Source of the DNA: Candidatus Campbellbacteria bacterium RIFOXYC2_FULL_35_25
GTDB lineage: Bacteria; Patescibacteriota; Minisyncoccia; Phycocordibacterales; UBA12079
NCBI GenBank assembly: GCA_001774495.1
Contig: MFAE01000005.1
Location: 26,583 to 90,582 of the forward strand
Length of the DNA: 64,000 nt
Reading direction: 5' to 3'
Each line of letters begins with the position of its first letter. Position 1 is the first letter of the stretch. The translations under genes were made by a program, and so were the position numbers. Below the pieces are notes generated by a model. That model did not search any database. It was not told the DNA's origin and saw only the letters and a list, made by a program, of their open reading frames with translations. Below are positions 27,999 to 35,293 of this stretch, piece after piece.

Positions 27999-28223
27999 AT
28001 GAAAGATTGTGTCGTTGAAAATAGCAAGACTATTCACAAATGTGGAGAGCCGAGAATCCATACATTTGATAATCTTGTGCAATCCCACCCTAGTATCGTG
28101 GGGAAAACTGTCCCAATTAAGGCCGAAATATATCCTTGCCAGGAGGTAGGTTTTGTTAAGGCGGGGCACGCCGGACAAGAATCTGCCCTAAGATTTACAA
28201 ACCGAATGCGGCCTCCTCAATAA
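27999..28223 (+). CDS. hypothetical protein
   Basis: 74 aa, strong SD AAGGAGG 8 nt upstream; terminator hairpin 28261-28286. Confidence 0.4.
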   Translation: MKDCVVENSKTIHKCGEPRIHTFDNLVQSHPSIVGKTVPIKAEIYPCQEVGFVKAGHAGQESALRFTNRMRPPQ

Positions 28224-28254
28224 GGGAAGGCATAAAATCTGTCTTCCCACTTCC

Positions 28255-28293
28255 TAAAAAGGTTTAGCAACAGTTGTTGCTAAACCTTTTTTT
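28255..28293. terminator. hairpin ggtttagcaacagttgttgctaaacc + T-run
   Basis: between convergent 27999..28223 and leuS. Confidence 0.7.
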
Positions 28294-28326
28294 ACTTACT
28301 ACTTGATACTTGCTACTTATTACTTA

Positions 28327-30777
28327 CTACTCATTACTCTCTACCACAATGTTTAAAATTCTATTTTTGACGTAAATGATCTTTTTGGGTTCTTTTCCTT
28401 CAAGCCATTTTTTTATCAATTCGCTTGCAAGAGCTTTCTTGCTAACATCCTCTTCCTCAGTTCCCTCTTCTATTTCTATAGTCTCTCTAACTTTTCCATT
28501 TACCTGAACGGCTATTTTGTGGATACTGTCTTTAGACAAGCTCTCATCAAATTTTGGCCAACTTTCATCTTGAATCAAACTTTCATTTCCCAACTGGTGC
28601 CAAAGCTCTTGTGTAATATGCGGAGCAAAAGGAGAAAGTATTGTTAAAAATGTTTGATAATCTTCTTTTGAGATACTTGATTTTTTTACTGTGTTTATAA
28701 ATTTCATCATATCAGAAACAGCAGTATTATAAGCCAACTCATCTATACCTTTCGTCATTCTTTTAATTGTCTTATGCAATTCCCTAACAACATCTTCAGA
28801 ACTTTTTTCTTTTAGTTCATCTTTGGTAAACCAAACTTTTTCCAAAAATCTATAAACTCCCACTATATTATCTTCATTCCACATTACCTCGTCTTCCAAT
28901 GGTGCAGCAAAAAGCATATAAGTCCTTACGGAATCAGCCCCAAAACTTTTAACCATATCATCTGGATTAACCACATTACCCTTTGATTTGCTCATTTTCT
29001 TGCCCTGCGCGTCCAAAACCATCCCTTGGTGCCTTAGCTTCAAAAACGGCTCATCAAAGTCTAGAAGGCCTATTTTGTTCATCGCTTTTGTGAAAAAACG
29101 AGCAAATAATAAGTGCATATAAGTATGTTCGGCCCCACCAATATACAAATCAACCGGCAACCATTTCTTACGAATTTCTGAACAAAACTCAGAATCATTT
29201 AGAGCATCTGGATATCTTAAAAAGTACCAAGAAGAATCAACAAAAGTGTCCATGGTGTCATATTCGGGAGTCCAACCTTTTCCAAAAATTTTTTCAGTTC
29301 TTTCTTTAAATTCTTTTGAAGCCCCTAATGGAGAAACTCCCTTTGGTTTAAAATCAACATCGATGGGAAGAATCCAAGGAAGATGCTCTTCAGGAACCAA
29401 GGTCGCCTTACCCTCGGGAGAATAAACGATCGGAATCGGACAACCCCAATATCTCTGTCGAGAAATTGACCAATCTCTTAAACGATAATTGGTTGTCATT
29501 TCCCCACCAACAAATTCTGTAATTTTCTTCTTAGCTTCTTCGGAGTTCATTCCATTGAATTGTCCTGATTCCATAAGTAACCCAAAACCTATCGTTGCAA
29601 AACCAGACTCACGAGCACTTTTTATTTTTAATTCTGCTAATCCTGGAATAATTTCGTCAACAGATTTAACCTCAGCTATAACTGGCTTAATTTCAATATC
29701 TTTTTGTAATGCAAACTGAAGGTCTCTATCATCATGAGCCGGCACCGCCATAATCGCACCAGTTCCATAGTTAACCAACACATAATCAGCAATGAAAACT
29801 GGTATTTCTTCGCTGTTAGCTGGATTAATAGCCGAAATTCCCTCAAGCTTCACCCCTGTCTTCTCTTTACCCTCTATTCTCTCCATTTCTGTCTTATTTT
29901 GAGCTTTAATCCCGTACTCCTCAACCTCGTCCCAGTTTGTAATTTGGTCCTTCAATTCGGAAACAAGCGAATGTTCTGGGGCAAGCACCATATAAGTAGC
30001 ACCAAACAAAGTGTCAGGACGAGTAGTAAATACCTCTATTTCGTTCGCTGTTAGCTGTGATCTGTGAGCTGTCAGCTTAAACTTAATCTTTGCTCCTTCA
30101 CTCTTCCCTATCCAATTTCTCTGATTTTTTTTAGTATGTTCTGGCCAATCAACTTTGTCTAAGTCATTAATTAAATCATCGGCGAAATCTGTAATCTTGA
30201 AAAACCACCCTGGTATTTTTTTCTGTTCAATTTGGGTTCCGCATCTTTCACACTCACCATTAAGAACTTGTTCGTTCGCAATTACAGTCTGGCAAGAAGA
30301 ACACCAATTTGCTTTTTGTGTACTTTGATAAACTAAATCATTTTTATAAAATTGTTGAAAAATCCATTGAGTCCATTTGTAGTATTTTGGATCAGAGGTT
30401 ACTGCCTGTTCATCAAAATCATAATTAAGACCCAACATCTTCATTTGTTTAATATAATTGCTGATATTTTTTTCAGTAGTTTGGGCGGGGTGAACTCCTG
30501 TTTTTATTGCAAAGTTTTCAGCCGGCAAACCAAAGGCGTCAAACCCTTGAGGGTGCAAAACATTAAATCCCTGCATCTTTTTGAAACGGTAATATACATC
30601 ACTCGCGGTATAACTTTCAGTATGTCCCATATGAAGACCATCACCGGACGGATAAGGAAACATATCAAGCATGTAAAACTTATTTTTAGTATCGTCTTTG
30701 TCTATTTTAGAAACCTTATTTTCCTCCCAAATCTTTTGCCATTTCCCCTCAATATCATTGTGATTGTATTTTTCCAT
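28327..30777 (-). CDS. leuS: leucyl-tRNA synthetase
   Basis: 816 aa, HMGH and KMSKS motifs, editing (CP1) domain. Confidence 0.95.
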   Translation of the reverse strand: MEKYNHNDIEGKWQKIWEENKVSKIDKDDTKNKFYMLDMFPYPSGDGLHMGHTESYTASDVYYRFKKMQGFNVLHPQGFDAFGLPAENFAIKTGVHPAQTTEKNISNYIKQMKMLGLNYDFDEQAVTSDPKYYKWTQWIFQQFYKNDLVYQSTQKANWCSSCQTVIANEQVLNGECERCGTQIEQKKIPGWFFKITDFADDLINDLDKVDWPEHTKKNQRNWIGKSEGAKIKFKLTAHRSQLTANEIEVFTTRPDTLFGATYMVLAPEHSLVSELKDQITNWDEVEEYGIKAQNKTEMERIEGKEKTGVKLEGISAINPANSEEIPVFIADYVLVNYGTGAIMAVPAHDDRDLQFALQKDIEIKPVIAEVKSVDEIIPGLAELKIKSARESGFATIGFGLLMESGQFNGMNSEEAKKKITEFVGGEMTTNYRLRDWSISRQRYWGCPIPIVYSPEGKATLVPEEHLPWILPIDVDFKPKGVSPLGASKEFKERTEKIFGKGWTPEYDTMDTFVDSSWYFLRYPDALNDSEFCSEIRKKWLPVDLYIGGAEHTYMHLLFARFFTKAMNKIGLLDFDEPFLKLRHQGMVLDAQGKKMSKSKGNVVNPDDMVKSFGADSVRTYMLFAAPLEDEVMWNEDNIVGVYRFLEKVWFTKDELKEKSSEDVVRELHKTIKRMTKGIDELAYNTAVSDMMKFINTVKKSSISKEDYQTFLTILSPFAPHITQELWHQLGNESLIQDESWPKFDESLSKDSIHKIAVQVNGKVRETIEIEEGTEEEDVSKKALASELIKKWLEGKEPKKIIYVKNRILNIVVESNE

Positions 30778-30812
30778 ATCTAAATATATTACAACAAAAA
30801 CATGAAAAACAA

Positions 30813-30852
30813 ACTATACTAAAATTTACGCGACCGCGTAAATTTTAGTATA
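30813..30852. repeat. 40-bp sequence, copy 1 (38-bp perfect palindrome with 18-bp arms; extended to 23-bp arms 30810-30857); identical to 31529-31568
   Basis: actatactaaaatttacgcgaccgcgtaaattttagtata; 75 bp downstream of stop of 30928..31482. Confidence 0.9.
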
Positions 30853-30927
30853 GTTTGTTTTTTCCTTCATTTTATTACTTCTCTTTATTATTTCCCTTTA
30901 TTATTTATTTTTCTTTATTATAAATAA

Positions 30928-31482
30928 CTACTTAGTTAAACCAAAAACTTCTTTTAACCACTCTTCGTTTTCTATTCTATTTACTTCCATATACAAAACA
31001 TCTTCATCAGCAAAAAAATTTGTTTTAAGTAGAAAAATAAGCTCTTCACACTCATAAGGAAGAACCCATACACTATTTTGTAATTTAATAAACCCTAATC
31101 TATCTAAATTATGACGAAGTAATTCTCGAAGTCTCTTTTTTTTCTCTGGAATATCAAAAATAATAACTCTCCATTTTTTATCCCAATTCTTTGGCTTTTC
31201 TATTTCTATTTCTTCTAATTCATATTGGGAAATCATTTCCCTACCCTTTTTTGTAAGTTCTATAAATTCAACACTGCCTTTTTTTACTTTTTTTATTAAA
31301 CCTTTCTTTAATAGTGTTTTTACAGAATTATTCATATAATATTTTTCTTTCGACCAACCCTTCTTTTTTGGTAAAAACATTTTTAAAGATTGCAAAGCAT
31401 TTGGAGCTAAAACAGCCATACCAACCAAGCCGGTAATCGCTATTGTGGATAAAATTATTTTTTGATAATTTATATTTTTCAT
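30928..31482 (-). CDS. membrane-anchored wHTH + Cas2/VapD/PaaX_C-like (ferredoxin-fold) domain protein; orphan, no cas1 or CRISPR array
   Basis: N-terminal TM; LKKGLIKKVKKGSVEFIELTKKGREM wHTH-like; WRVIIFDIPEKKKRLRELLRHNLDRLGFIKLQNSVWVLP resembles Cas2 core (RVLVFFDLP...GF.MLQ.SV). Confidence 0.6.
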   Translation of the reverse strand: MKNINYQKIILSTIAITGLVGMAVLAPNALQSLKMFLPKKKGWSKEKYYMNNSVKTLLKKGLIKKVKKGSVEFIELTKKGREMISQYELEEIEIEKPKNWDKKWRVIIFDIPEKKKRLRELLRHNLDRLGFIKLQNSVWVLPYECEELIFLLKTNFFADEDVLYMEVNRIENEEWLKEVFGLTK

Positions 31483-31528
31483 TTTTTATTATCTTTTATA
31501 TAAAAATATTATATATTTATATAATATC

Positions 31529-31568
31529 ACTATACTAAAATTTACGCGACCGCGTAAATTTTAGTATA
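31529..31568. promoter_or_regulatory. 40-bp sequence, copy 2 (identical palindrome), 46 bp upstream of start codon of 30928..31482: candidate operator
   Basis: perfect identity with 30813-30852; position in promoter region; AT-rich promoter between it and ATG. Confidence 0.5.
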
Positions 31569-31610
31569 TCTTGATAAGTAAGATCGAGATTGTTAAGCAT
31601 CAAAAAAACA

Positions 31611-31633
31611 AAAACCGCCAAAGGCGGTTTTTG
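31611..31633. terminator. hairpin aaaaaccgcc aaa ggcggttttt
   Basis: downstream of 31695..32249 stop, preceded on minus strand by stop-rich TAGTAGCGAGTATTAAGTAATAAGTAG. Confidence 0.7.
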
Positions 31634-31694
31634 TTTACTTTCTACTTATTACTTAATACTCGCTACTAGAAATTTAAATAAAAATTTTCAATTT

Positions 31695-32249
31695 TTATTT
31701 AAATTTCTTTATTCCAAGCCATATCAAAACCAACAAGGCTAGCCCTAAAATTCCAACTTGCAAATATTCACTAGCAAACTGCCAATATCTAACAGATGCA
31801 ACGATGAAAGTAAGAACTCCACCAAGTGAAAATGCTACCGAAATGACTGCTTGAGTAGACATCATGAATCCGATTATAATCGAAATAACACCTAAAGCAA
31901 TCAGAGTCATAAAGACATTCCTTTCATATTTTTCTAGAGCTGACCGATATTCTTGGTTACAGGTAAAGTAAAGATCACAATACCCAGGGTTCATAACTTC
32001 TCCATTTTCTCCTCTAATAACTGGTTCAGATTCTGGAGCATTGATAGCCTTAATATTTTCATTCCATTGTCCTCCTTGTTCTAAACACATATCCTTTGTA
32101 TCAATTTTTTCAATTACCTGCTTTTCTTGGCAGAAATTGGTGTACTCGGGAGAATTGTAAGCAACCTTCATTGCATAGGCAAAGAAAAGATTAAGAACGA
32201 CGATGATTCCTAAAATTAATGCCCATTTTAATATTTTGTTATTTTCCAT
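31695..32249 (-). CDS. hypothetical membrane protein with extracytoplasmic Cys-rich domain
   Basis: 184 aa, N-terminal TM, 6 Cys in loop, 2-3 C-terminal TM; heptamer SSR 95 bp upstream. Confidence 0.5.
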   Translation of the reverse strand: MENNKILKWALILGIIVVLNLFFAYAMKVAYNSPEYTNFCQEKQVIEKIDTKDMCLEQGGQWNENIKAINAPESEPVIRGENGEVMNPGYCDLYFTCNQEYRSALEKYERNVFMTLIALGVISIIIGFMMSTQAVISVAFSLGGVLTFIVASVRYWQFASEYLQVGILGLALLVLIWLGIKKFK

Positions 32250-32343
32250 ATTATTTATATTATTGAGATTAATAAAAATTCTAATAATAAACTAGAAATT
32301 GAATAGAGAATCATGAATTAAGAATTCTGAATCATGATTCTTT

Positions 32344-32410
32344 ATTCGTGATTCGTGATTCGTGATTCGTGATTCGTGATTCGTGATTCGTGATTCGTGA
32401 TTCGTGATTC
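32344..32410. repeat. heptanucleotide tandem repeat (ATTCGTG) x 9.5, perfect
   Basis: attcgtg units 32344-32406 plus attc; intergenic between SPFH stop (32432) and start of 31695..32249. Confidence 0.95.
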
Positions 32411-32431
32411 TGTTTTGTTAATAAAAAACTA

Positions 32432-33208
32432 CTATTTTTTACTAACAAAATTAGAATATCCTTTTATAGCTTCCAAAACTTCTGTAGGAATCATCCAGAT
32501 GGTTGTATTTGATTGATCAGAGCTTAAATCGTTAATTGCTTGCAATGTTCTCAAATGCATAGCCCCAGGGGTAGCGGAAAGTTTTGCAGCCGCTAGAGCT
32601 AGGTTGTCAGCAGCAATTCGATCACCGTCAGCTTTAATAATAACAGCTCTCTTTTCTCTTTCAGCTTCAGCTTCTTTTGAAATAGTTCTCTTCAAGTCTT
32701 CTGGGATAATAACATCCTTTAGTTCAACCGATTCGATATCGATTCCCCAAGGATCGGTGAGGGAGTCAACTCTTTCTTTAATCTGCAAAGCTATTTCAGC
32801 TCTTTTCTGCAACAAATCATCCAAACTTCTTTCTCCCACAAAGTTTCTCATCGTTGTTTGAGCAACCTGTGAAGTAGCATAGTAGTAATCTTCTACTTCA
32901 AGAACAGCCTTAGAAGCCTCAACAATTTTATAATAAACAACGGCATTGATCTTTACCGGGATATTATCCTTTGTAATCACTTCTTGATCGGGAACATCTA
33001 CTGCTTTTGTTCTTATATCGACCTTTGTCATAGATTGAAAAATTGGAATAACAAGTCTCCATCCTGGTTGTTTTATTCCTGTAAATTTACCAAGGGTAAA
33101 CATAACCCCTCTTTGATACTGATTCACCTGCCTCAATATCAATACCAAAATTACAATAATAACTGGTATGTATGTTAACAGGTTTGGACCTCCTAAAAAT
33201 GTATTCAT
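32432..33208 (-). CDS. SPFH/band-7 (stomatin/prohibitin-like) domain protein
   Basis: 258 aa, N-terminal TM, SPFH core, coiled-coil tail; G-less CTATAGACTATAAACTAAA leader before ATG. Confidence 0.85.
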   Translation of the reverse strand: MNTFLGGPNLLTYIPVIIVILVLILRQVNQYQRGVMFTLGKFTGIKQPGWRLVIPIFQSMTKVDIRTKAVDVPDQEVITKDNIPVKINAVVYYKIVEASKAVLEVEDYYYATSQVAQTTMRNFVGERSLDDLLQKRAEIALQIKERVDSLTDPWGIDIESVELKDVIIPEDLKRTISKEAEAEREKRAVIIKADGDRIAADNLALAAAKLSATPGAMHLRTLQAINDLSSDQSNTTIWMIPTEVLEAIKGYSNFVSKK

Positions 33209-33372
33209 GGTTAATTTAGTTTATAGTCTATAGTTTTTAGTCTATAGAAAAATATAGTATTAATAATATAATTATAACACAGTCTAGTTTTTAGTTGATA
33301 GTTGATAGTTTTTAGGAAAAAGAAAAAGCCCGTCCCGGAAAAAATTTCATGAGTCTCTCAATTCCTTGCTTT

Positions 33373-33438
33373 TTTTAAAAGAAATTTTTCTGACAAAAAT
33401 GACGACCGTCATTTTTATCAGAAAAATTTCTTTTAAAA
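33373..33438. repeat. 66-bp near-perfect AT-rich palindrome (32-bp arms, 1 mismatch, centre gacg ac cgtc)
   Basis: tttaaaagaaatttttctgacaaaaatgacg / cgtcatttttatcagaaaaatttcttttaaaa. Confidence 0.85.
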
Positions 33439-33485
33439 AACCATGGTGATCTATCCTAACCAATTTAAATATTTTACGAGAAAAA

Positions 33486-33953
33486 AGCCCGTCCCGGAAA
33501 CCGGGGCGGGCTACAAAACAACAAAAAGATAGCTCGGGATCGCTGGGTGGCGGTTTGAAAATTTCATTGACCGTCGCCTTCAGGGCGGTTTTTTACGTCG
33601 CAGGCGTCTCTTTTTGGTGTTTTTCTATTTGGAAACCTCCCCATATAAACAGAGAAGCTCCACCCATAAGAGCAAAACAAATATAGAAAAAAAGCAGGGC
33701 AAAATGATGAAAGAAAAAATCATTTAACCAATTTCGATAAAAATCATTTAACAGAAGAATATTAAGATCTGAAAAAAACAATACTGATACCATCAAGAAA
33801 AAACCAATGGCCACAGAGCAATAAGCAATAGACTTCATAGCACTCCTCCTTTCTTTTTTATACTTTTTTATGAAAGACAAAAAATTCTAACCATAGACTA
33901 ACAACATAGACGAGGGTTGTCAATCATTTTGGCTTCTTTTACAATTATTTAGA
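33486..33953. repeat. 468-bp direct repeat, copy A (apparently 100% identical to 34461-34928); contains gene 33593..33880 and GC hairpin AGCCCGTCCCGGAAACCGGGGCGGGCT
   Basis: base-by-base comparison of the two stretches; identical 95-aa translations. Confidence 0.9.
33593..33880 (-). CDS. hypothetical small membrane protein (2-3 TM), copy A
   Basis: 95 aa; identical to 34568..34855. Confidence 0.5.
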   Translation of the reverse strand: MSFIKKYKKERRSAMKSIAYCSVAIGFFLMVSVLFFSDLNILLLNDFYRNWLNDFFFHHFALLFFYICFALMGGASLFIWGGFQIEKHQKETPAT

Positions 33954-34085
33954 AATTAAGAATTTAAAATTAATTTGATTTTAAAATTGGATGCGGAACG
34001 AAGGTTTGAGGTAGTTATTTGGAAAAAGAAAAAGCCCGTCCCGGATAACCGGAACGGGCTGCAAAACAACATTTGGTGTTTTTGT

Positions 34086-34292
34086 TTATAAAAAAAGTTT
34101 TTCACCAAAAGCGTTAATCCCTTTGCCGTCAGGGTAATGAACCCTTTTACATACCGGGCACGCCGGCATATCCTCAAATTGAGGATTTGAACATCACCCC
34201 CCTCCAGAGACCATCATACTTTTTGAAGGAGAATCTTGATCTATTGCCTCCCCACAGTCAGTACATGGAAATTGAAAAGTATCTTGTCCCAC
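34086..34292 (-). pseudogene. small zinc-ribbon ORF (CTDCG...CPVCK) with strong SD (AAGGAGG-6nt-GTG) interrupted by in-frame TGA at 34194-34196 next to a G6 tract
   Basis: translation MGQDTFQFPCTDCGEAIDQDSPSKSMMVSGGG*CSNPQFEDMPACPVCKRVHYPDGKGINAFGEKLFL*; upstream TTGACA promoter-like. Confidence 0.35.
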
Positions 34293-34460
34293 TCTTACCT
34301 CCTTATAATGGCTCTGGTTTTTTGTACCGGGTTAAATAATCTATCGTTAGATTAACAGATCAGATTATATTGTCAACAAAAAATTAATTTGATTTTAAAA
34401 TTGGATGCAGAACGAGGAGTTGAGGTAGTTTTTAGTTGATAGTTTTTAGGAAAAAGAAAA

Positions 34461-34928
34461 AGCCCGTCCCGGAAACCGGGGCGGGCTACAAAACAACAAA
34501 AAGATAGCTCGGGATCGCTGGGTGGCGGTTTGAAAATTTCATTGACCGTCGCCTTCAGGGCGGTTTTTTACGTCGCAGGCGTCTCTTTTTGGTGTTTTTC
34601 TATTTGGAAACCTCCCCATATAAACAGAGAAGCTCCACCCATAAGAGCAAAACAAATATAGAAAAAAAGCAGGGCAAAATGATGAAAGAAAAAATCATTT
34701 AACCAATTTCGATAAAAATCATTTAACAGAAGAATATTAAGATCTGAAAAAAACAATACTGATACCATCAAGAAAAAACCAATGGCCACAGAGCAATAAG
34801 CAATAGACTTCATAGCACTCCTCCTTTCTTTTTTATACTTTTTTATGAAAGACAAAAAATTCTAACCATAGACTAACAACATAGACGAGGGTTGTCAATC
34901 ATTTTGGCTTCTTTTACAATTATTTAGG
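34461..34928. repeat. 468-bp direct repeat, copy B
   Basis: identical to 33486-33953. Confidence 0.9.
34568..34855 (-). CDS. hypothetical small membrane protein, copy B (identical to 33593..33880)
   Basis: 95 aa identical protein. Confidence 0.5.
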   Translation of the reverse strand: MSFIKKYKKERRSAMKSIAYCSVAIGFFLMVSVLFFSDLNILLLNDFYRNWLNDFFFHHFALLFFYICFALMGGASLFIWGGFQIEKHQKETPAT

Positions 34929-35083
34929 CCGAAATACCCAGCCATAGCAATCAGCGGGAAACATGGGTACAGAACTTTTTTCAGTTTCCTAAACCGTGTC
35001 GGCCCAGGAGGATGAGTCAGCCCCCAAATTGATCCCACAAAACCGACAAGAAAAACAATAACGCATGCTGATTTAATATCCAT
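34895..35083 (-). CDS. hypothetical small protein (weak)
   Basis: 62-aa ORF whose 3' end overlaps the duplicated segment. Confidence 0.25.
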   Translation of the reverse strand: MDIKSACVIVFLVGFVGSIWGLTHPPGPTRFRKLKKVLYPCFPLIAMAGYFGLNNCKRSQND

Positions 35084-35293
35084 ACCTTCTCCTTTTTCGC
35101 CACTATGTTAAAAAGCTTCCCAAAATTCTTGTTCTATAATAACGTCTATTTTACTAATTGTCAATACTTGTATTAAGTTAATTTCAAAATTAAATGCAGA
35201 ACGAGGAGTAAGAGTAAAATTTTGTGAGACGTATTTTCAATACGGTGAACAAAATTTTGCGAATTACGACAAAGCTCTGCGCCAATTTTGGAA

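Noticed and set aside
32344-32410. Possible CRISPR array (regular short repeats)
   Set aside because: The unit is only 7 bp with no spacers, so it is a simple sequence repeat. The recurring AGCCCGTCCCGG hairpins (33326, 33486, 34033, 34461) are irregularly spaced and embedded in a segmental duplication. No cas1 or other cas genes are present beyond the orphan Cas2-like ORF.
33956-34177. 73-aa minus-strand ORF from the six-frame track
   Set aside because: It runs through the GC hairpin repeat and has no SD. It is better explained as the out-of-frame continuation of the SD-led zinc-ribbon ORF reported separately.
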